NCBI GenBank assembly: GCA_026387455.1
Contig: JAPLLR010000043.1
Location: forward strand, 9,683-73,682
Source of the DNA: Candidatus Omnitrophota bacterium
Lineage (GTDB): Bacteria > Omnitrophota > Gorgyraeia > Gygaellales > Profunditerraquicolaceae
Direction of reading: 5' to 3'
DNA length: 64,000 bases
This document shows positions 1 to 9,300 of this stretch, piece after piece; the first letter of the stretch is position 1, and each line of letters begins with the position of its first letter. The translations under genes and the position numbers were made by a program. The notes under the pieces are model-generated. The model ran no database searches, was not told where the DNA came from, and was given only the letters and a program-made list of their open reading frames with translations.

Positions 1-260
1 AAGGGAGTTCTATAATCCCGGGAATTAATACGGTAAAGGAGAAATGAAGTGAATAGTTGCATAAGATGCGGAATGAAATCATCTCATAATTATTTGAAAG
101 CAATATTTATGACTATAAGTGAAAAAAGAAGAAGGGTATTAGTATGTTCAAAGTGTGAGGAGATTTTAGACGCAAAAGCAAAGAATCCTCCGGGCGGCCA
201 AGGCGCTAAAGGAGAAATGAAGTGAGGGAGTAAAGGGGGCGGTTCTGATTTTGAGGTTTA

Positions 261-289
261 GCCGCGAGTAAAAGCGCGGCTATTTTTTT
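261..289 (+). terminator. Rho-independent terminator-like hairpin (AGCCGCG-AGTAAAA-GCGCGGCT followed by a T7 run)
   Basis: GC-rich inverted repeat followed by TTTTTTT, read directly from the sequence; it closes the short unit at the window start. Confidence 0.5.
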
Positions 290-406
290 ACCTGGATTTG
301 AGGCATGTTTCGACTTGCGGTGGAGCTATTTAGAGTTATAATGAAGGACAAATTGTAAAGCTAAAGAGGGTCAGGGTACGGGCTGGAAAGGCAGAAGGAG
401 TGGGGA

Positions 407-988
407 ATGGGAGAGAGCGATAATTCGGGAAACAAGCTTATCTATATTTTAGAGATCGTCTATGCGATCCTTCTGTCGTGGGGTTTTGCGCGCGTGGCAG
501 AGCGTTTTACCGTGGACCATGTCTTTTACTGGTTGTGTATGCTGGTCAGTGTGCTTGCGCTCATTCGGTTCTTCTTTGCGCCTTCCCATAACGTCGGCGT
601 TGTAATCAAGCTTATTGGAAACCGAAAGGCTGCGGCACGGATGATCGTATTTTTTGATATCCCGCTTCTTATCGCTCATTCTTTTGTGTTTTTCAGGATG
701 TGTTATGCTATAGGTGACCTAAACTACCATTACTTCTTTCGCGACTTTTCGGTGTTGCTTCTAATAAACGCGGTATGGCTGGTCACGATAACTTCCCGTC
801 AGAAGCGCGCCAAGATAAACCCACATGACAAACACGCCTTCTGGGTGCTGAATAATTCTATCTGCGGAGCTTTAATCCTCGGGCTATTCTTATTCAAGGC
901 CGGGCTTGGATCAATGTTCATTGTCGCAATGGTGAATTGTGTTTTGGATCTGTGGAATTGCGCCCCGTATTACTTTGAGAATGTTTAA
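407..988 (+). CDS. Hypothetical polytopic membrane protein
   Basis: 193-aa ORF with several hydrophobic segments; I recognise no family. Confidence 0.5.
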   Translation: MGESDNSGNKLIYILEIVYAILLSWGFARVAERFTVDHVFYWLCMLVSVLALIRFFFAPSHNVGVVIKLIGNRKAAARMIVFFDIPLLIAHSFVFFRMCYAIGDLNYHYFFRDFSVLLLINAVWLVTITSRQKRAKINPHDKHAFWVLNNSICGALILGLFLFKAGLGSMFIVAMVNCVLDLWNCAPYYFENV

Positions 989-1026
989 ATAGGCTAAAAA
1001 ATGGTGGGTGCGAAGGATACTAGGAT

Positions 1027-1737
1027 ATGAATTTAATTGATTGCGGATTCCAGAATTCAAATCTCTTCCAGCATATGCCGCTGTTTGATGAGATCTCTTA
1101 TGTCGGCAAGGATGAGGATAAAGTCCGCCAATATAAGGCCATCCGCGAGGGGCAGTCCTGCGATATTCTGGCCTTGAATTTCATCCGCCTGGACGAAAAG
1201 CTTCTTTGGGATGCGATTGAGGATTTTGTCAAGCGCAGCACCATAAATGCCGTATCCAGCGTGCGGGGGGCATTTATTTTCGATCTCCTGACTATTGATA
1301 TACACAAAGAAATCAATAGCTTTAAGCATTCCGAGTTTTCTACGGTTATTGTTAATACAGCCAGTAAATTAGCCCCCGGGCAGATGAAGATGATCAAGTA
1401 TTCTTCTGCCTATGCGCTTATTCATAAAACTTTAGACGTTGATTGGGGAAAGATCACCTTTAAGACCGCGGTAAATGTTTACAAAGATAAACCGGATTAT
1501 TTAGACCTGCTTATTAAGCAGCTTTTGGGGGATTATGTATATGCGCATGACCCGCTGATCCTTTTATTGAACGATCTTAGCCAGAATCCCGTTTTTGATC
1601 CTAAAAACGAATTGCAGCAATCACGGTTAAAGGCGGTTATAGCCAAGTTAATCCCTGACTCGATCGAGTTTATCCCGGAAGTTTATATCCAAGATAAAAA
1701 CGGGGCAAGGGAGCTTCTTTCCGGGTCTAAACTATAG
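1027..1737 (+). CDS. Hypothetical protein
   Basis: 236-aa ORF in the + strand gene array; no recognisable motif. Confidence 0.45.
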   Translation: MNLIDCGFQNSNLFQHMPLFDEISYVGKDEDKVRQYKAIREGQSCDILALNFIRLDEKLLWDAIEDFVKRSTINAVSSVRGAFIFDLLTIDIHKEINSFKHSEFSTVIVNTASKLAPGQMKMIKYSSAYALIHKTLDVDWGKITFKTAVNVYKDKPDYLDLLIKQLLGDYVYAHDPLILLLNDLSQNPVFDPKNELQQSRLKAVIAKLIPDSIEFIPEVYIQDKNGARELLSGSKL

Positions 1738-1778
1738 TTTTCTTGAAGCTGTAAATATAGGGGTGGAAGTTCAGTTAT

Positions 1779-2294
1779 ATGCAAATAAACGCGATTAAAA
1801 TACTGCGCAGCAAAAAAAGAAGGCGCACTGTAAGTGCGCGCATGATCAAGGACATCCTTGTGGTCAGGGCTCCGGAAAATATCCCGGAAAGCCGTTTAGA
1901 GAAGGTTGTTGCCGAGCTTAAGTTAAGAATCGAGCGAAAGTATTTAAAAGAAGAGTTAAATAAGCACGAGTATCTGTCAATTAGGGCCAAGGAGTTTAAT
2001 CGGCAGTATTTTGAGAATAAGCTTAATATCAACTCTATCGAATACGTCACTGACCAGAATTCCAAGTTCGGCTGCTGCAATTATCGCACCGGGTGCATCC
2101 GTATTTCCCATCGCATCAGTGCCATGCCGCAGTGGGTAAGAGATTATGTGGTTATTCACGAACTGGCGCACCTGGCAGTGCCGGATCATAGCAAGGCATT
2201 CTGGTATATAGTAAACCGCTATAAGCTCGCCGAGAGGGCAAGGGGATACCTTATTGCCGCAGGCAGCGAAGAGGAGCTGATGACATGGAAATAA
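1779..2294 (+). CDS. YgjP/DUF45-like (WLM/SprT-type) zinc-dependent hydrolase
   Basis: C-terminal segment WVRDYVVIHELAHLAVPDHSKAFW contains an HEXXH zinc-binding motif in the context typical of the YgjP family. Confidence 0.65.
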   Translation: MQINAIKILRSKKRRRTVSARMIKDILVVRAPENIPESRLEKVVAELKLRIERKYLKEELNKHEYLSIRAKEFNRQYFENKLNINSIEYVTDQNSKFGCCNYRTGCIRISHRISAMPQWVRDYVVIHELAHLAVPDHSKAFWYIVNRYKLAERARGYLIAAGSEEELMTWK

Positions 2295-2554
2295 AAGTAC
2301 AGAAACTTGGGGACGATGAGCTTAATAAGATGGGTGTTTTCACATGGCCCATCTGGACAAAAGAAGTATCGCGGTTTGACTGGCATTATGACTCTGTGGA
2401 GGAATGTTATTTACTGGAAGGCGAAGTTGAGGTAGAGTCTAAGGATGGAAAGAAGGTAAGCTTCGGCAAGGGGGATTTTGTGATTTTCCCAAAAGGCCTT
2501 TCCTGCACTTGGAACATAAAAAAACCTGTGCGCAAGCATTATAACTTTCAATAA
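2285..2554 (+). CDS. Cupin domain protein (cupin_3-like)
   Basis: 89 aa; beta-barrel motif GEVEV...GDFVIFPKG; 4-nt overlap with the upstream gene. Confidence 0.55.
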   Translation: MEIKVQKLGDDELNKMGVFTWPIWTKEVSRFDWHYDSVEECYLLEGEVEVESKDGKKVSFGKGDFVIFPKGLSCTWNIKKPVRKHYNFQ

Positions 2555-2556
2555 AA

Positions 2557-2883
2557 ATGATAACTTGTTTTCAATGCGGTAAATGTTGCGCAGATGGGGT
2601 TTACGTAGAAAAAGAGGAAGGTAAAAAGTTAGAGCGATCCTTGGGCATTAAACTATTCAAGCGCAAAGATCACTATCCTTTTGCAAAGCAATTCCCGTAT
2701 GACACAAGCAATGGTATTAAAAAATGCATGTTCCTTGATGAAAATGGTAAATGTAAAGCGTATAATTTTAGGCCAAGGCTATGTAGAGAGTTTCCGCTGG
2801 AGAATGGTTTGCCGGTTTACTTCTCTAAATACTGCGAGGGTATGAAACTATGGGAGTTATCGACGCAACCACGTAGAAGATGA
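2557..2883 (+). CDS. YkgJ-family (UPF0153) cysteine-cluster protein
   Basis: N-terminal CFQCGKCC, plus CMFLDENGKCKAY and a C-terminal LCREFP region, as in the CxxCxxCC Fe-S/Zn family. Confidence 0.6.
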   Translation: MITCFQCGKCCADGVYVEKEEGKKLERSLGIKLFKRKDHYPFAKQFPYDTSNGIKKCMFLDENGKCKAYNFRPRLCREFPLENGLPVYFSKYCEGMKLWELSTQPRRR

Positions 2884-4169
2884 AAATGAAGATAGTTTAT
2901 CTATTGAGCACTGCCATTATCATCACCATTGTTGCTACCGGAACCCTTTTAGCTGGTTCAAAAGCGGATCCCGTGATAGTCAAAAATGAGGTGATCCTTC
3001 AGAAGGGGCCGGGCGAATATACGGAGGTCCGCCACATAGTCCTTAAGGGGTCCAATGAGGAGATCGGCAGGGCGCTGGCTGACATCGCGCAAAAAGATTA
3101 CAAGGCCTCGCTGGTAAAATACGCCAGTCCTATCTACGCTAAGGCCCGGCTTGAATACATGAAGAGGAATTATCCCATCCTGTTGGAACGCATGAAAGGT
3201 GTAGCGCGCTCCTACGGCCTCTCTTTAGATGATACTGATCTCGATACGAGCAGTTTATATTATTGCATGCCCGCGCCGAAATGCTCGGCGGCTTTTTTCC
3301 CCGCGCGGATATCCGCCAACAAACATAACTTTTATGTTTTAAACAGGGATTACTACCTGGCGAGCATGTCCGAGATTATGGACGCCAAGCGCCTGCCGGG
3401 CGAGGGGGATTTTTTATCGCGTATGTTTGTGATAGAAATGTATCCGGATAAAGGATACCCCTCTATCGCGATCGGCGCGCTGGACCTGCTCAATATGCAT
3501 GTTGACGTGGTTAACTCAAAAGGGTTAAGCGTTGCGATGCTGGAAGACGATACCTACGGCATGGAGCGTATAATGAAGGATCTGTCCCGGCAGTCCGGAC
3601 TGAATATGAGTCAGGCCATCCGGCTTATCGTTGATACCTGCGCTACGGTGGAGGAGGCGAAAACCGCCCTTTTAAACAATAAAATATCTGTGACTCTTTT
3701 GCCCACGCATTTTATGGTCATGGACAGTTCCGGTAGGTCGTTTATTTACGAGCGGTCTTCTAAGGATTTTAGTGATCGTTTCCTGGATAATAATGGTTTG
3801 CCGCAGCTGATAACCAATCACTCTGTTTGCGATTATCCTACGGTTGATAAATTCCCCAAAGCGCCCGAGGATGATTATGATACTTTTAACCGCTACCGCA
3901 GGCTGGATGAATATGTGCGGGGCCACTCCGGTAAATATTCCATTGAGGATGGTAAACACGCCATGAGTCTGGTGTATGGTTGTGTCAACGAAGCGACTGA
4001 AGGGGGATATCACGCTCTACCGCTAAGGACACTTTATACCGCGGTAGTCGATATTGATGAACGCGCAATATCGGTAAAGTTCTATCTGCGGGATGGGAAA
4101 ATCGATCCGGCGACCGGAGTCCCGGAGCTCGTCTTCTCGAAACCGTTTGAATTTAAATTGAAGGAATAA
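2880..4169 (+). CDS. Secreted Ntn-hydrolase-like protein (C45 peptidase / acyltransferase-like)
   Basis: Signal peptide/TM at the N-terminus; the internal motif PKCSAAFF resembles the autoprocessing Cys nucleophile site of C45/choloylglycine-type Ntn hydrolases; family assignment is tentative. Confidence 0.4.
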   Translation: MKMKIVYLLSTAIIITIVATGTLLAGSKADPVIVKNEVILQKGPGEYTEVRHIVLKGSNEEIGRALADIAQKDYKASLVKYASPIYAKARLEYMKRNYPILLERMKGVARSYGLSLDDTDLDTSSLYYCMPAPKCSAAFFPARISANKHNFYVLNRDYYLASMSEIMDAKRLPGEGDFLSRMFVIEMYPDKGYPSIAIGALDLLNMHVDVVNSKGLSVAMLEDDTYGMERIMKDLSRQSGLNMSQAIRLIVDTCATVEEAKTALLNNKISVTLLPTHFMVMDSSGRSFIYERSSKDFSDRFLDNNGLPQLITNHSVCDYPTVDKFPKAPEDDYDTFNRYRRLDEYVRGHSGKYSIEDGKHAMSLVYGCVNEATEGGYHALPLRTLYTAVVDIDERAISVKFYLRDGKIDPATGVPELVFSKPFEFKLKE

Positions 4170-4198
4170 GAGGACGTTCCGGGAAAGGAGCGAAAGAG

Positions 4199-4717
4199 AT
4201 GGATGTTTTAGAAATTCTCAAAAGCAGAAGAAGCGTCAGGCAATACTCAGAAGAGCAGATATCAAAAGAATTTTTGGAGAAGATTGTTGATGCGGCCAGG
4301 TTTTCCCCTACTGCCAGAAATGTCCAGCCGTGGGAGTTTATTGTGATCACTCAAGCGCCTATTTTAAAAAAGCTTGGTGATTTAGCGGAGAACGCAAGAT
4401 TTCTAGCCCAGGCAAAAGCCTGTATCGCGGTATTTTGCGCTGATACAAAATATTATTTGGAAGATGGATGCGCCGCAACCTGTAATATTCTGCTTGCCGC
4501 GACTGCTCTGGGCGTTGGTTCCTGCTGGGTTGCCGGAGATAAGAAACTTTATTGCGAGGAAGTAGCTAAATTATTAAATGTACCTGTCACCTATAAATTG
4601 GTGAGCCTGGTGGCTTTAGGCTACCCTAAGTCCAAAGAAAGTTTCCATATCGCGCAAAAGAGAGGCCTGAAAGAAGTGATTCATTGGGAGAAATTGAAGG
4701 ATGGAAAAAGAGAATAA
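4199..4717 (+). CDS. Nitroreductase family protein
   Basis: RRSVRQY...ARFSPTARNVQPWEFIVI signature of the NfsA/NfsB-type nitroreductase fold; SD GGAGCGAAAGAG upstream. Confidence 0.8.
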   Translation: MDVLEILKSRRSVRQYSEEQISKEFLEKIVDAARFSPTARNVQPWEFIVITQAPILKKLGDLAENARFLAQAKACIAVFCADTKYYLEDGCAATCNILLAATALGVGSCWVAGDKKLYCEEVAKLLNVPVTYKLVSLVALGYPKSKESFHIAQKRGLKEVIHWEKLKDGKRE

Positions 4718-5480
4718 GGCAGTAGATAAAATTATACTTGTAGCACTTGTATTTGTAGGACTAATTCTGGCGATCCATGTTTTGTTGGTAAGGATGTATC
4801 AGGGCCTAATGCGCCTTGACTATTATAATGCTTCCTGTCTGTCAGGCATTACTATCCTTGTTTTCTTTTATGCCGCTATAAAGTTCAGTAAACCGCTGGA
4901 GCATCAAATCGTTAATTTTGTCTATTTTAAAGATAAACGGCATTATAAAACGCTGTTAGACGAGTCGATCCGCGATGGTTTGACCGGTTTGTTTGGTCAT
5001 AAATATTTTATGCAAAAGCTTGAAGAGGAGGTGGAGCGCTCTAAGAAGAGCCTAAGTCCGCTTTCGCTACTGATGATAGACATAGATTATTTCAAGAAAT
5101 TTAACGATACTTTTGGCCACCTTGAGGGTGATATGATCTTGACGGAACTCGCAGCTATGTTCAAGCGCTTTCGCAGGGAACAAGTCGATCTAGCCGCCCG
5201 CTATGGAGGGGAAGAGTTTGTCATACTGCTTCCGGAAACGTCCAAAGAAAACGCGAAGATTCTGGCTGAGGAATTGCTCAATCACGCAAAGAAAATCAAT
5301 ACCAGTAAGGGCGTGGTCACCATAAGCATCGGCATTGGTTGCTTTGACGGCAACAGTAAAGATTTTGCTAAAGAAGATCTGATCAGGATCTCAGACGCTG
5401 CGCTTTACCGCGCCAAAGCAGCGGGAAGGGATCGCGTGGAGATTCAAAGGGAGAGCGAGAAGGATGTATGCGAAGAATAA
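4701..5480 (+). CDS. Membrane-anchored GGDEF-domain diguanylate cyclase
   Basis: Two to three N-terminal TM helices, then DGLTGLFGHKYF, DIDYFKKFNDTFGH and the RYGGEEF active-site motif. Confidence 0.85.
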   Translation: MEKENKAVDKIILVALVFVGLILAIHVLLVRMYQGLMRLDYYNASCLSGITILVFFYAAIKFSKPLEHQIVNFVYFKDKRHYKTLLDESIRDGLTGLFGHKYFMQKLEEEVERSKKSLSPLSLLMIDIDYFKKFNDTFGHLEGDMILTELAAMFKRFRREQVDLAARYGGEEFVILLPETSKENAKILAEELLNHAKKINTSKGVVTISIGIGCFDGNSKDFAKEDLIRISDAALYRAKAAGRDRVEIQRESEKDVCEE

Positions 5481-6271
5481 TCAGTCTTATAGCATTGGCA
5501 GTTTTTTTTACGGTTATTCTTTGTCAGGCCTGTGAGCCTGAGCTCAAGGTGCTTAAGATCGAGCACGGGAGCGCGCAATCATTGTTTGAAGTGGCGAATA
5601 GCTTGAAAAGTGAGCAAGGCAAGGTAAGCTTTGACCAGAACTCCAACAGCCTGATCGTGTTTGATTGTCCGGAGAATATTTTGCGTATTGCCCAGGTGAT
5701 CAAGGGCATAGATATCCGGGAAAAGCAGGTCGAGATCAAAGTCCTGGTCATAGAGGCCAGCGAAAGATTCCTGGAGAATATCGGGGTTAGTTACAGTCAG
5801 GTCATTATCCCTCAGGGAAAGTTTATGGCGATTACGGAGCTGATCAAGGAAAGTAAAGAGGCCAGCACCCGTACTAGCATGATGGTCCGGACTTTGAGTA
5901 ATCGTCCGGCAGTGCTGCAGGTCACTACTGACGAGGTGATCGGTACCGAATTCGTGATATTCAGCAATGGTACGGAGATCACAACACCTGTAAGAGAGCC
6001 GATAGGCAGCATGTTGGAAGTATTGCCTACTGTGAATAACGATGGCTCGATTAATGTGGTCTTAAGGCCAACGGTCAACAGCATGGAGAAGCACGGCACT
6101 CCTTCTGAGAGGTCGATAATAACCCAGGTAGTGCTTAATGACGGAGATACTGTCGCAATAGGTGGAGCTCTGGTCCAAAAGGGGCGCTCCAAGAAAGGGC
6201 TTTTGTCAGGAAAATCCAGCGAGGAGAATAAGAAAGTGGAGATGTTTCTGACCGCTAAAATTGTTGATTAA
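5468..6271 (+). CDS. Minimal secretin-like outer-membrane protein (secretin N domain plus a short secretin core)
   Basis: Signal peptide; an N-domain-like segment (LKVLKIEHGSAQSL...IVFDCPENILRIAQVIKGID), then a secretin-core-like segment (QVEIKVLVIEASERFLENIGVSY...VEMFLTAKIV) that resembles PilQ/GspD C-terminal regions; only 267 aa. Confidence 0.5.
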   Translation: MRRIISLIALAVFFTVILCQACEPELKVLKIEHGSAQSLFEVANSLKSEQGKVSFDQNSNSLIVFDCPENILRIAQVIKGIDIREKQVEIKVLVIEASERFLENIGVSYSQVIIPQGKFMAITELIKESKEASTRTSMMVRTLSNRPAVLQVTTDEVIGTEFVIFSNGTEITTPVREPIGSMLEVLPTVNNDGSINVVLRPTVNSMEKHGTPSERSIITQVVLNDGDTVAIGGALVQKGRSKKGLLSGKSSEENKKVEMFLTAKIVD

Positions 6272-6325
6272 GGGTAGCCGGAGATTTGGGGATCTTTTTA
6301 AAATCCTCGTACTCGTAAATAAAAT

Positions 6326-9300
6326 ATGATTATCAAAGATTTGATTTTAGTTGACGAATTAACCGGGCATTATAACCGCAGGGGTTTTCGTGAGAGCATC
6401 GGACAGATACTTTCACTTCCCCATGGCGCTGCCAAATCCTTTTATCTTATCCTTACCGATTTAGACCATTTTAAAGATATTAATGACACCTACGGCCACT
6501 TAAGCGGAGACTTCGTGCTTAAGGAATTCGCGGCGCTTTTGGAGCGCGGATTACAGAATACCGAAGCGGTAATTGCCCGCTACGGCGGCGATGAATTTGT
6601 GGCGATTCTAAAAAACTGCAATAGGCAAAATGTAAGCGTCATCTGGGACAAGATACGGCGGGATGTTGCCAATAAAGAATTTATCCTCCCTGGTTCCAAG
6701 CAGAGCCTGCGTCTGACCATGAGCATAGGGATCGTGGAATTCCCTCAGGATGGGTTAACCCAGGAAGAACTGTTAGCTAAAGCCGATGAAGCCCTGTATT
6801 CATCAAAGAGGCTCGGTAAAAACAAACTCACCTTTGCCAACGAGATCCTTGTCCAGACCAAAGAAGAAAAAAGGATCCAAAAGAATATTGCTGAGCCGCC
6901 GTTTGTTGACCGGGCAAACGAATTAGCCGAGATCCAGAAGTTTATTTTTGGAGGGAAAAGCTATAAGCTTATTATCATAAATGGTGAGGTGGGCTGCGGT
7001 AAAAGCCGTATGCTCCAGGAGGTATCCATCCGGGCAAAGGCAAGGAACCTAAAAACATTCTTTCTTGTCTGCGGCGAACAGCAGAAAGAAAAGCCTTACA
7101 GTCTGCTGGAAGATATCATAGGTAGCCTTGTTTACGAGCATGTCGAAATATGCCAAAAGGCGGTGTTCGATCTTCCGCCGAAATTAAAAACCGCGCTCTC
7201 CGCATTACCAAAATTAAAAAGATTATTTGTGCCTCATCTTCATGTGACCCATTGGGATGCCGAGGTGAGGCTAAATCTATTCCACGGGCTCGCAGACCTT
7301 TGTGAAAGCATATTCACCCAGATAAATCCGCTTATTATCGTGGACAATCTCGATTGGATCGATGCCGCAAGCTCAGAAATATTAAGTTTCATAATCCTGT
7401 CTAAGAAACAGACTCCTTTTGTCTTATTAGGAAGCACCAGCCGCCCGGCTTCAAAAACGCACGATAGCGATTCAGCTCTTGATGCGTTGTTGTCGGAGAT
7501 CTCGGAGTTTGAGATTGTGCCTCACATAGCCCTGCCGTTTTTTAATCAGGCAGAGACCGAAGAAGTCGTAAAGGGGATTTTTAGCGGCCATGATATACCT
7601 GAAAAATTCACCAGCGAGTTCTTCGGCGCTACCGAAGGCAACCCCTTTTTCATTGTCGAGTTAATACAATACCTTTGGGACAGGAAAAACATTTATCTGC
7701 AATATCCTCATTGGATATTTCAAATTGACACAAGCCGGCTTCCGAGGGATTTAAGGGAGCTGCTTATCAGCAAGCTGCAAAACCTAGGGGCCGAAGAAAA
7801 GGAATTGCTTCTGGCTGTTTCCGGCATAGGGAGCAACCTTAAGTTTGATTTCCTTTCCAAGCTTAAAAAGATAAACCACGGGCACTTGCAGGATATCCTT
7901 TCCCGCATCTCAGAAAAAAATATCCTAAAGCTCGGAGAAAATCAGGTCGAAGATGAGGTTTTCTTCAATAACGATTCCCTGCGCTCGGTTCTTTATGAGA
8001 GTATCGATACTGAGAAGAAAAAGAAGATCCACCTTGATATTGCTACCACTCTTGAGCATGAATTCAAGAATAATACCGAAGAGATAAGCTCGGAGCTGGC
8101 CTTCCATTTCAACAAGGCAAATCTTGAAGCTAAGACAAAAAACTATGCCCAGCAGGCGGTCGTCTATATCGAAAACCTTTTTTCAAACGCTGAGGCGGAA
8201 AAGGTCATCGAAAATGCCATTAACGACCGGGAAGAGAAGGAGCGCCATGAGCCGATAAAAAAAGATACCTGGCCGCTGATAATGGAGATCATTAGCTCTT
8301 TTAATTCAGCGATAAAAAGTATGCAGATGTACCAGATGCCTAATGAGATCACCACAAAGATGGTCTATAGCCTAGCCAGATGTTTGGAAGAATTTTTTAC
8401 GGCCTACCATATACTTACCTTTAGCTGTCCGTCCGGAGATATCAAGCTTTTGATAAACGGGCAGGAATTGCATCTGCCATCCCATTCGGAAGATATGTTT
8501 ACAAAGACCATTCTTGCCATTATGAACATGGCTAATATCGGAAGCATTACTTTTCATCGCACTGTTTCGGCTAATGAGATCAAGGCATTTATCGGCCTTC
8601 TTTCTAATCCCAAACTATCGATGGAAAAAAAGGAACAATGGAAAAAGATCCTCCTTGATTATAAGATCAACGCCATAAATATCGATGAGGTGCTCTACAA
8701 AAAAGTCTATTCCGAAGAAGAAAAAAGGCAGTTGCATAAGGAATTCATCAAAGAATTCATGATAAAAAGAGCTATCGGAGAGGCTGTTCCTCTGCCGAAG
8801 GAAGGTGGCGCTAAGGTTGGTGACGAGAAAGAAGAGACCAAGGTCATCAAAAAAATAAAGGTTTTCGATGAAGCGGAAACAGACCTTTTTGCTAAAACCA
8901 TCTCCCATTTTTCGCCGGACGTGCTAGTGGAGGTAATTACTGATGAATACCGCCGTCATATAACAGCGATCTTGGATATCAGGGAAATGGTCAAGGTGTG
9001 CCTGAAAGACTCCCAACAAAAAGAAACAATCGCCGTAAAATTGAAAGATGCCCTAATAAAGTTGGGGATGTCGGATGTCTGCTTTGCGTGGCTTATCGAT
9101 AGTCATGATTTTCTGCACTATCCTGTGATCAAGAGGGCCAACACATATTTGAATGCTGATTCCGGAACTATTCTTGCTATGGGGGTTATAGAAAATCTTA
9201 AACCCACCCTTAATGAACTTTTTGTAATAAATGAAAGCGCTCTTGCAGAACAGATCTTGGATAAATATCTTCTGAATTTACAAAGCAGCGAGCTGGAAGC

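Noticed and set aside
449-679. 76-aa minus-strand ORF inside the 407-988 membrane protein gene
   Set aside because: Antisense overlap with a longer hydrophobic ORF; highly basic low-complexity product
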